Shown: piece after piece, positions 49,500 through 61,400 of the stretch
Position numbering within the stretch: position 1 is the first letter of the stretch
How the letters are laid out: every line of letters begins with the position of its first letter
DNA from: Macrostomum lignano
Taxonomy: Eukaryota
Reading direction: 5' to 3'
NCBI GenBank assembly: GCA_002269645.1
Contig: NIVC01002209.1
Coordinates: forward strand, 128,105 to 192,104
DNA length: 64,000 nucleotides
The notes under the pieces: generated by a model
Seen by the model: only the letters and a program-made list of their open reading frames with translations
Database searches by the model: none
What the model was told of the DNA's origin: nothing
Made by a program: the position numbers and the translations under genes

Positions 49500-52400
49500 A
49501 TGTTGTCACGAATTTTGCCTCAGCCCATTTTTTACAGAAAAAGTTTGTGTCAGATAAAGAAGACGTGCCGAAGAAGCAGGGAGCAGGTGAGGGAATTCTA
49601 TAGCGGCTTGATAATTGAGGGGCTTCGGTAAGCAAGAGAGGATGGCCTGTACGAAAGAGGTTCAAGTTCACCTCTGAGGCAACCCCTGTAGAATTCTTAC
49701 CTTATCCAGTCGATAAATTGTTCACTCGGGCCATTGAGTGAGTAGAAAATTGCAGTGCAAACGTTTTAATCAGCACTTCCATTGAAATCAGACCGAACAG
49801 AAAGCGTCATGAGACTTCAACTTGAAGGCTCGATAGCACTATAAATGCCATAATTTTGTTTGCCTTTTGTTCTCACTTAACTTCTCTACCTTCACTATAC
49901 TTTTCTGAAGTCTAACCAGGTGTCACTGGCAGTCCCTGGCACTGAATTGCAGATGTCACTGGCACTGAATTGCGGGTGTCACTGGCACTGAATTGCAGGT
50001 GTCACTGGCACTGAATTGCAGGTGTCACTGGTACTGAATTGCAGGTGTCACTGGCACTGAATTGCAGGTGTCACTGGCACTGAATTGTAGGTGTCACTGG
50101 CACTGAATTACAGGTGTCACTGGCACTGAATTGCAGTGGTGTCACTGGCACTGAATTGCAGTGGTGTCACTGGCACTGAATTACAGGTGTCACTGGCACT
50201 GAATTACAGGTGTCACTGGCACTGAATTGCAGGTGTCACTGGCACTGAATTGCAGGTGTCACTGGCACTGAATTGCAGGTGTCACTGGCACTGAATTGCA
50301 GGTGTCACTGGCACTGAATTGCAGGTGTCACTGGCACTGAATTGCAGGTGTCACTGGCACTGAATTGCAGGTGTCACTGGCACTGAATTGCAGGTGTCAC
50401 TGGCACTGAATTGCAGGTGTCACTGGCACTGAATTGCAGGTGTCACTGGCACTGAATTACAGGTGTCACTGGCACTGAATTGCAGGTGTCACTGGTACTG
50501 AATTGCAGGTGTCACTGGCACTGAATTGCAGGTGTCACTGGCACTGAATTGCAGGTGTCACTGGCACTGAATTGCAGGTGTCACTGGCACTGAATTGCAG
50601 GTGTCACTGGCACTGAATTGCAGGTGTCACTGGCACTGTTGCCCCAGATTTTACTGAAGTAGACATAAGAAGGTCACCGAAAGGCAAGATTTATTAACAA
50701 AAGACAAAATTGATCCCTCGAGTTTTCGCATAAAAGTACACAAGCGTCAGTCGAGCGAGATGAGCGAGGACTTGAAGGAGAGGAGATGATTAGGACAAAT
50801 AAGGACCCTCTGAATTTTATTCCGAAGCGAACTTCCCTCGTCACTGTCAAACTCGCGACAGGCAAGAGTAAATTACATGTGGCAGGACCTCGACAACTGA
50901 CATTCAATACAGATACGCCGAACTGTCGTCTTGTTGCTATGCCATCCGTTGCTATGGCAACCAATCAACGCCGGAGACGCAAACACTGGCCGAATTCAAG
51001 CGGAGATGGTCATGGTTCGAATTGGCCAGCCAGTCCTGCTGCAATGTCCGGTGCTTCAACGAAGCTTCTACACCGTCAGCGTCAAGCCGAAGTACTTGGA
51101 GTGGTCTCTGCCCATGGGCCGGCCGCAACCAACCAAGTGTCCGGTCTACCTGATGAAGAGCGAAGACGAAGAGCCCGGCTGTCCGGGTGAGCTGACGGGA
51201 CTCGGCGTGTCCTTGTGGCACCTCACCCAGCTCAGGGTTCACTCGGCGGAGCTGAGGCACGAAGGCCTCTACAACTGCTCGGTGTACTGGAATGCGACCG
51301 GGGTGAACGGGGCGGTGCAGCTGCTGGTGCAGGGTGAGTCGTGGGGTGTAGGAAATGGAGTGTGGGTGTGGGAAATAGGGTGCGGGAAATAGGGAGTGGG
51401 AAATAGGGTGTGGGAATGAGGTGTGGAAAATGTGGTTTGGGAAATAGGGTTGTGGGAAATGGAGTGTGGGAAATACTGTAAATTAAGACAGGTAATGTGT
51501 CTATCTGAGAGTCTATCAGAGTTTTTGTTTCTCTGTCTGTCTGTCCTTCGTTTCTCTCGCTCTTTGTCTCTCCCTCATTCGCCTTGCAAAACAACTCTCG
51601 TCTCTGTAAAAATTAGTGGTCAGTGAGCAGAAAACTTGGCATGTATAACACAGGTAATTTGCTGTTTCAACTGACTAACCAGACGATAATCACAATGAAG
51701 GTCATTTTAATCGCAGTTTACAGCGTCAAGCACTCTTAGAAATCAGGCATGCCCTGCTAGCTTTGCTTGATGCATGTGGCAGCGAATAGAAAAAGTGGTT
51801 AGTCAGAACACAAGCTCCTTCTTAAGAATAAGATTGGTAAAAGCACAATAGTGGTCTAGCACGGCGCTCTGATGTGCCAGCGGCCCAGGCTCGATTCCAA
51901 GTGCAGTCACATTCATTTTGGGCTAAATTGGAATCTCGGCTTGGCTCTGCTCGTGCAGTTAACGGCCTTGAGGGCCAACCCCCAAGGCACAGTGAAGTGT
52001 ACATGCCTAACAATAAATAAAGTTAGGGCCGCTGTACACTCCTGTGTGAGTGTGTGCCTGTGCGTATGACTGCGTACGTATCCGCGCGCTTGTGTGCCTG
52101 CTCAGGGGAGTCGGCGGAATGGGCAGCAATGCCTCTCGCCGGTTGTGTGACAATGTCGCTTAAAGTGCGCCAGGGTGCACACAGCCCCTGCTTCTCAAAA
52201 AAATGGTACCCACCGCCCCGTGTGTAGCTAAGGTTGGCTCAGGAGGGAAGTCGCTTAGAACCGATGAATACGCACTATGCCTCAGCTTAAAAGAGGTCAG
52301 AAAGAGTCAAAAAACGGAAAGTAAAAAGATGAGCAGTTCGATTATATTTAGCGGAGAGGAAGTTAATTCGCACGACCGTAAAACGTAGTGCCGGAGTGAG

Positions 52401-55400
52401 GCGGCAAAGAGCTCCTAGGAATAATTGAAATCGGGGGTACCAGGCCTAAATGCACATCGCAGTGGATAAAATTAAATATTTCTGTCTCCAGGCCTTTTAA
52501 AGCCTTTGCAGATCCACTGCATTAGCGGGAATTTCTTCTTATAATTTATTGTCACTTGGACTGAAACCAGAGCTCCTGACCCGAGAGCTTCGAGAGATTA
52601 TAACCTGGAGCACTTGATCCTGAAGTTGAAGGACATTGGGAGTGACTAGATTTTCGATTCTCTCGTACTTCTATTTTAAAAGACATTCACTTTGTTGAAG
52701 TTTTGTAACTTTCTCAGTTGATCCGCGCAGTACCGCTTGGACTTTTGTTGAATCAAAAAATCTGTTTTTGTTTATTGCGCGCTAAAAAATGCTCATGAGG
52801 CCCCAGCCCTCAAGGCACAGATTGTGTGCATGCCGGACACTGAGAAAGTCAGTGTCAGGCCGCCGTAAACTCTGTGAGTGTTCGTGCTCGGAGCTGCGTG
52901 GAACGGGCATGCTGCCTCTTCGCTGGCTTGTGGTTCGACCGTCGCCCTGACTAATTGCGACAGCGCCCACAGCGCTTTCCTGAGCTGTTTGGCCGGGTTC
53001 TTGGGCGAGCGGTTCTCTTCACGCTCGTAACTTCCAACTTGAAAAAAACTACTTTAGACTAGAAGATTTCGATCCAACCTAAATCATTGACGATTCATTC
53101 ACTATCGAATACCCCGAGTAGTCTTTATTCAGGATTTATCGGGAATCGTCGAAAACACCTGACAGACAAGCCAACAGCGCCGCTGCACTTGAACGCTACT
53201 GTGCTTGGCTCGCACGCGATTCACCTGACTTGGCAGCCTCCGCGTCATCTGCGCCACCTGCCGTTGACCTCCTACGAAATTGCCACGAGCAGCGGCACCT
53301 ATCGTCACCTTGGAGACCGATTGATCTGGCATAGAGTTGAGCCTAGACGACTCAGCTACAGGGTGACAGGCCTGACAGCATACACTGAGTACTGCACCTG
53401 GCTGCGAGCCGCTAATCAGCTGGGCCCGGGACCGAGCACTCGCCGCTGCGAGCTACGAACTCTGGAGTCTCCACCGCAGCCAGCGGCCCTGTCCGCTACC
53501 GTCACCAACGTCCAAGCCACCAGCGCCAAGCTTCGATTGAGCGTTGCACCGGCCGGGCATCCGTCTCTGGGCGGCAGACTGCGCGAGGTCCGGGTGCGAT
53601 GGCGTCGGACGCGCCACCTCGAATCGCACGCAGGCATGGAGGATCAGTGGACTGAGAAGACACTGGTTGCTAGGCAGTTTCGCAGCCGAACCACTGCCAG
53701 CCAGGACGTTGATCTGATGCTCGATGATCTCGAAGCTTTTAGCGGCTACAGTGTGCGATGCACCGTGCACAACTGGAGATACGCTGGGCCGGAGCTTCTA
53801 CTGACTTTTGAAACACTGGAGGGCGGTGAGGAGTCTTATCTGTAGTTTTTCTCTGAACCTGGATGCAGTGCCTAAAGTGGGGTCACTTTCAGAAAATCAA
53901 AATTTGCATAATAAAAAATTCACATTGTTACTTTCACCGGAGAAAAGCTTCACAAGCTCGAAATTTTCGATTCAGCAGAAGTGCAGACTAGAATGCAAGC
54001 CTTTTTGAACTTGTGAAATTTCGATCTCACGACCCCATAAAGTGGTTTTCGGTGCAGAAAATTTAGAAAACATACGTCATGTGCAGTCTGGCGTGTTTTA
54101 TGAAGACTTTGCAAAATGTAGTGATACAATCGATCTTGGTTTCTAACCAATAAAACATTCAATTCGATTAGAACGTTCTGGGTTTGGATGCATTCAGTAG
54201 TTCTTAGCATCTTGAATCGATGCGGGATCAATGTTTTAAAAGGATACTTAGATTTCAAACTTTTCATTTCAATGCAGAAGCCCCAGCGCCCACGCTGGCC
54301 CAGGACACGCACGCCCTGTTCGACACGAATGTCAGCGTCTCCTGGTCTCGTCTAGCCAGAGTGCCGGGCCACCTGACCGGCTACCAGCTCTCGTTGTCCG
54401 GCCCCTTCAACAGTCGCCGGTTGATCAACATTTCCAGCGAGTTCACTCGGTACTGCATCGCTGGACTAAAGCCGGCCACTCGATACTCAATCACCATAGC
54501 AGCTGTCACTCGCGTCCGAGGCCCTGGGCGCGCGTCTAACCGAGTAGACATCGCCACGGAGCCCAGCTGGCCAAGCCGGCCGCGAGATGTCCGGGTGGAT
54601 GAGAGAAGCTACGAAGCCGGCCTGTTGGTCTCCTGGGCCAGTCGCGGCTTCTTCGTCGGTTCGCCCGCGGTTGACCGCTCAGAAACACCGTATCCGCCCA
54701 ACCTGCTGCTGTTCAGAGTTGAATGGCGGCTACGCAAAGTCTCCCAAGGTCTGCGGCTGGCAGGACGTCCAGGTGGTTCGAGGGAGACCCTCGTGCTGAG
54801 TCAGCTGGGCCAATGCCGGGTCAATGCGGCGTGGAGGCCCAGGGCCCAGGTCGCGAATGCAACAGTCTACCCAAATGAATCAGCAGAGGCGAGGACTAAA
54901 TACCTGAGCACGCGCATCTGTGTAGGTTTTTATGCTAGCCTAAGATGATCTATTTCAAATAGTATTTCCTTGATCCCCCTAGACTGATGTCACACGAGTC
55001 TTTTTGGTCAGTTTCACTGGATCCATTCGTCAGCTAATAAAAACAACTCTGACTTTGCACGGGCTCAATTTAATCTAGAGCATATCTAAATTTTCAAGCA
55101 AAAGATCAGGAAAAGGCATGGTTAAATGAATCGAATGCTCTTTAGATGATAGAAGAAAGAATATTTCTCGTACAATAAAGGTTGGGGCCTAATAGTACTT
55201 TGACGGCTTTCGTCATTTCATGGCTAATTTTATACGTCAAATTCCGTAGCGGAATGCACTTTTTCAGCTTCTGCAAGGGCAGCTGTTTTCTGCTGTTTCT
55301 GATGGGCGATTTTGAGGCTTTGTAGGCGAAAAAATATCATTTTTCTCTTTGTTCATCTATTCAGGAGCTTTGGCTTGCTGCTGGGCTGTTTGAGAACTGG

Positions 55401-58400
55401 GGAAGGGGCGCAAGACTGTCTTGTAGGGATGGCAGCAGGTAGCAACTGAAACCTGACTCCCACGAGTTGACAAAATGATAGCCCTCTCATCCTGTGCTTG
55501 TATAATTGTAGTCTGCACTGTCTTTAGTAGCTAACAGTCTGCTATTTAGGAGCTATGTTTTTTTCATAGCAGATATAGAGACAGCTTAACCTCGGCAAGC
55601 TTATGTTGAAAATGAACAACGCTTGCGGAACCTCCCTACGAGCGTACTACTCTAGTTGCATGCATTGACTTCCTTCTCTTTCCGCTTCGCCAATCGTTAT
55701 AAAACGTGACATAAAACGCTATCGTTTTATATCAGATTCCATTGACTAAAAATGCGGAAAAATGGGGTTGTCAATCTGCGCACTGCTAGAAGTCAACCAG
55801 TTCGTAGAATTTGGGCAGTTACATATAACAGGCAATTTGATATCTCTTTAATAACAAGGATAAAAGTTCAGTAGCACTGGCGGTCGAACTCAACTTTAAA
55901 AAACATCCACTGAAACAATTTCTTAAATCTGCCTCAATCAACTCAGGAGTTAATACCCTGGACAACACTGGCAAGATCAATCGGAATTGCAATCCAGCAG
56001 CATTCGAATCCATCAGCGCATGTCAGCCTGGACGTCGTGGTAACAAGCGTTGGATTGTCCCAGTGGGACCGCGACCGCAGGTATCCCGGGCACAAGGCAA
56101 AAACCGTCAGCGTCTCTGTGCCTCTTGCATATCTGTTAATCGACCGTTCGACTTGGGACGGCCTGGCTGACTTTAACAACGAATTCTCTAACGGCGACGA
56201 GTCGGCGATAGCTACAGGAGATCGGCGACGCCGGCAAGTGACGTCGGTGAGCATTGGACTCGGCGTTGGCTGCCTGTTTGCAGCGCTGGGACTGGTGGCG
56301 GCCGTGCTGCTGGCCTGGCAGTGGCTCTGCGGCAGGGCGACGCGTCGGAACCGAGGCGTCGGCAGTGCCAGCTATCGCAGACGAAGGCTGCGCGCCGTTG
56401 GCAGCAGCATAGGCGGCGGTGGAACCAAAAGCGGCTGCGGAGTGGAGATTGGAGATTCCGGTTAGGACGCATGTTTGACCTGCATAAGAACTCAATATTA
56501 GAGTCTTTTTTAGAATTTTCATGGTAGATAATTCTTTTAGCTTTAGACATTTTGTCGCGATTTTTTAATCCATTGCGTCATGGAAGCATGGCACTTTAAC
56601 ATAAAAGTTCTCTTCGATACTTTGCTTGCTGACCTAATTCTGTCAGCATCAATTCACAAGTTGCAAGCATCTAGCTTAGCCCAAAGCCATGCAATCCTTT
56701 CAGATCCACACGACCCTGCTCAAACATCGGCTCTTCTGAGTAACCCGGCGGGCATGACTATAGCCGAATTCCGGGATCACGTGATCGCTTGTCACGCCAA
56801 CGACGATTCCGGCTTTCAATCGGAGTTCCAGGAGCTCCAAAGCTCGGACCCGCCGATCTCGTTGACTGCATTAGATTGCAAACCAGAGTCCGAGGACAAG
56901 GAGAAAACGACGCGCGAAGCTTTTGTAGCTGCGTGCTGGAAATATCCAGAAAATTTGAGTAAAAATCGACACCCAGATGTTTACCCGTGTAAGTTTGATT
57001 ATTTACGTTGTCCTTTGTCGATCTAAGATATTGATTGTACTTTCAATGGCATCCTTAAACTAGTTGCTATAAAATTTTTACCAGGACACAGTTCTTAGTT
57101 GGTCAAAAGTTGCCTTTCTTAACCGTCAATACAAATGTCTCTTGATGGTCGCTCCTGTCTCTTGGTAGACACTCCTGTCTCTTGGTAGGCGCTCGTGTCT
57201 CTTGGTGGTCGCTCCTGTCTTTTGGTAGACGCTCCTGTTTCTTGGTAGGTGCTCATGTCTCTTGGTAGGCGCTCCTGTCTCTTGATGGTCCCTCCTGTCT
57301 CTTGGTAGGCGCTCGTGTCTCTTGGTAGGCGCTCGTGTCTCTTGGTAGGAGCTCGTGTCTCTTGGTAGGCGCTCCTGTCTCTTGGTAGGCACTCCTGTCT
57401 CTTGGTAGGCACTCCTGTCTCTTGGTGGTCGCTCCTGTTTCTTGGTAGGTGCTCATGTCTCTTGGTAGGCACTCCTGTCTCTTGGTGGTCGCTCCTGTCT
57501 TTTGGTAGACGCTCCTGTTTCTTGGTAGGTGCTCATGTCTCTTGGTAGGCGCTCCTGTCTCTTGATGGTCCCTCCTGTCTCTTGGTGGGCGCTCCTGTCT
57601 CTTGGTAGGTGCTCATGTCTCTTGGTAGGCGCTCCTGTCTCTTGATGGTCCCTCCTGTCTCTTGGTAGGCGCTCGTGTCTCTTGGTAGGAGCTCGTGTCT
57701 CTTGGTAGGCGCTCCTGTCTCTTGGTAGGCGCTCCTGTCGTTCGTTGTTATCTCCTAGACATAAAAATGGAGCCAAAAAGTTGCTATCAGATGTGCTCCT
57801 GTCATTCGTCGAGTCTAGCTTGGTTACCAGTTTCATTTAGTTTTTGAGGGTAGCGCAATTTTCGCGGGGGCGATTGGTGACCTCCTGACCGAGCCCCCCA
57901 TCTGCTTACGTATTGATAATCCTGTGTATAAGCTGCTTTTCTCAGTCGCAATCAGAAGTAATAACTGCCGCTACTTCAGACGATCACAACCGGGTCATAC
58001 TTCGGTCAACTTCAACTAATAAGAAAAATGCCGACTACATTAACGCCAGCTATATTAGTGTAAGTAAAGTTTATTTATTTTGCTCAAGTATACTGATAGC
58101 ACATACGCTAACACCTATTACCATCATTTTAAACTTTGAGCAGGGATTTAAAAAGGAGCGAGCCTACATCGCCTGTCAGAGCCCTCTGCAGTCAACTTTT
58201 GATGACTTCTGGCTAATGGTTTGGGAGAATCGAGTGAGCAGCATTGTGATGCTGTGCAACCTGGTTGAGGCCGGTCGGGTGAGTTATTATTAGTTCATTG
58301 ACAAGATTAAATCTTGTCAAGATTAACTCTCTTTTCAAGATTAAATCTTAAGGGCAGAGTTTCTTCTTTGAGATCCTGTTCTCAAAACCTAATTATAATG

Positions 58401-61400
58401 GAGAGATGGGATCGAACAACAAATATGAACAGCTAGTTTAAAAGAAGATTGCAGTTACTGCGCTCGTATGGTCATCGCTGGATAAAATCTTTTTGTGCTT
58501 TGCATGACTCCATAGGATCTGAAGATGTTTTGCATAGCCGAAGCAATATTGTTTCGTCAGGGTCTTTTTGTGCTATGGCATAACATATTAATGCTAACCT
58601 GTCAACTAATTCACCGTTTTACAAATTGCTTTAAATCCAACGAAACAGCGCAAATGCGATCAATACTGGCCTAGTGGCGGCAGCAGCCAGGTCTACGGTC
58701 CGGTGACTGTTGAGCTAATTGGACAAGCAGTCAGGTGGGATCACAAGGTGCGCCTGTTCGAGCTGCACTGGACAGGCAGCGGCAGCGACAGCTCGCTCAG
58801 TCGCCGCCGAGTGAGGCAGTTCCAGTACTGCCGATGGCCCGACTGCGGCGTCCCGGCGTCGCCGCTGGCGCTGCTGAACTTCGTCCAACTGGCTGGGGGC
58901 ATCGACGAAGACAGAATGAACTCAACAGCCAGCTGCACTGGTGGGCCAATCGTTGTGCACTGCAGGTGAAGCTTTTAACGATCTGTGTGTAGCACGAGGG
59001 GAAGATGGGTTTATCGTGCGATTGGCAGCCATGAGGGTCAACCCTGGTCAAGAGAGTGTTCATGCCTGACGATCAGAAAGTCAGGACTGCTGTACACCCT
59101 GTGTGAGCGAGTGTGTGAGTGCGTGTCTGCAGAATGGGCAAAACTGCCCCAGTGCAGGTTGTGGGGAAACTAAGTCGCCGAAGGAAGTTCGTCGGCGAAT
59201 AATTCTGATATTCACAGCTGTTTTTGTTTTTCATTCTTAGTTTTCATCTCAAAAGACTAGGCGACTTTGAAAATGTAGAGTCAGTTTGGAGAAAAAGATT
59301 GATTAAAAGGATAAAAGTTTTGACGTCTGAGGAAAGTCTAGTTAAGCAATGATTACCTGAAGCTTTAGTGACTTACGGTCAAAATTGAGCGGATTAGCAA
59401 CTCATGAAATCGAGGGTTGTTTACAGAGTTTACAGAGCGTGTAAACAACAAATATTTTTAAGTGAACGAGCTTAGCACGGAAAAAACTTTTTGCTGTTTT
59501 TTGATCCATTTACTTCAGTAGTTCTCACAGCTGAGTCTTGGATGCATTAAAACTAGTGAGGTGCTCTCAGTCAACGAAAATGGAATGCTTCTAAAGTATT
59601 TCGAATGAAATTTCACTAAGGATATTAGCAAAGTCAAAAAATAAGCGTACCAGCGCGGTACTTCTTATTTATGAAGCATTTCCTATTCGAAATTTTCAAG
59701 ACAAATAGCGAATTATACGATTTACCAAAACATCCGGCAACCTCCCTTGCCCCCAGCGCTGGCACAGGTCGCACGGGTGTCTTCATCACTGTCGACGCTC
59801 AGATGCGCAGAATGCTCGGCGATAGGTCCGTCGACGTGCGCAGCTTCCTGGCTCATGCCAGGCGGCAGCGAATGCGGCTGGTGCAGACAGTGCAGCAGTA
59901 CGCTTTGGTGCACGACGTTCTACTGGAGTTTCTGCTGTGCCCCGAACGGAGGATCTCACGGCATCGGCTGACGTCCTGGGTTCGATCGTTGGCCGACAGA
60001 GAGCCGTGCGGTTGCAGCCGATTGGAAACTCAGTTCCAGGTGAGTTCACGATTCCAGTAGAACTTACTGGACAATGCTATTCGCTGAAAATTGACTTCAT
60101 AAGTCCACTTTCAATTTTGGAACTCGTGAGTTTAATTTTGTATTGGCAACGCACGGGCGTAGTTACCATATTCTATCAGTTTCTTGTTGCCTACTTATCC
60201 TTTATCTTTAGGCAGAAATTCACTGTGTATGAATCTCTAGTCTTACTGTAATTTTAGCACTCGCCGTGCCGAAGTTGGCTATGGTTGGAAATGGCGTTCG
60301 GGTGCTATAAAGGAAATTGAATCCAAGTTCCGCGCACTCGAGCGAAAATTGACGAGGAGAGGAAGCTCGTCATTCCCGAAGAAGCCATCGCCACATGACA
60401 CCGTGTACAGTGTACGACAACAAACAAGCATTGAAGATTCACGTACCTTCACTTTCTTTGATAACCATTGCTCAATGAGTTTTCCGGACAGGGCGACTCT
60501 CGCGTGACGGGCCTGCTTTCAAAGAGCCAAAGTGTATCGGTATCAGGTTTAACTTTTAGGAGCTACTCTGCAACAAATGGCTTTGGTTGAAAGCGTGGCT
60601 TGCGTCATTCGGAAAAATGGAAATAGCAATGGAATCAGAGTGCTCTATTTTTGTTCTCTTTAAAGGGACTCTGAGCAGTTCACATTCTTTGATTTTTTGT
60701 CTTGATTTTCACAATCAAATGCCGATGTCCTGAGAAGCTAAAATGATTTTTACGTCTATTTTTACCTGCCCATCTTTCTCACTTAGCTTTGCGTTGCTCA
60801 CGAAGCCAGCCACGGTGACTTTGAGGCGGCACTAAAGCCGTGCAATGCACAGAAAAACCGGGCGGATCCGAACTCTGGGGACTCCCCGGCCTACTTGCCG
60901 GCCGAGGAGGGCAGAGTCAAACTGACGCCAGAGCCTGGGGTTGAGGGGTCCGACTACATCAACGCAACGATTTTGCAGGTGAGCTAATACAGAGCGACAC
61001 TAAGGCCGGTTTCGTTGCCACTTGATTAATTCTTAATCCACTTGATCAACACAACTTTATCAGCTTTAGTTGACCAGGATTCTCACGCAGTCTCAAGACG
61101 AATCTCCAAGGCTAGCTATACCTAATTCCATTATGCATCTCATGACCAAACAAGCCTAACTTTAAACAAATAATCTTTGAATACAATGTGAATTCTGGCA
61201 TTTATTTTAGGGTTATCATTCAGCCAGTGAGTTCATTGTAACTCAGCACCCGACAGTCAATACCACTGGAGATTTTCTTCGAATGGTCTGGGAGCAAAAC
61301 TGTGCGACAATAGTGTGCCTCCAGCCGCCCGAGGATCCGCTACCTTGCTGTCCTTGGGCTGAACACAATTCTGAACACCTGCAGTTGCAGCTTCGGTAAG

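Noticed and set aside
49917-50638. CRISPR-like appearance of the 23-bp array (and the 33- and 45-bp arrays)
   Set aside because: Units are head-to-tail with no unique spacers, there are no cas genes, and the context is eukaryotic.
51843-51910. Possible tRNA-Gln gene
   Set aside because: The acceptor and T stems do not pair properly, and the sequence continues into a multicopy SINE body.
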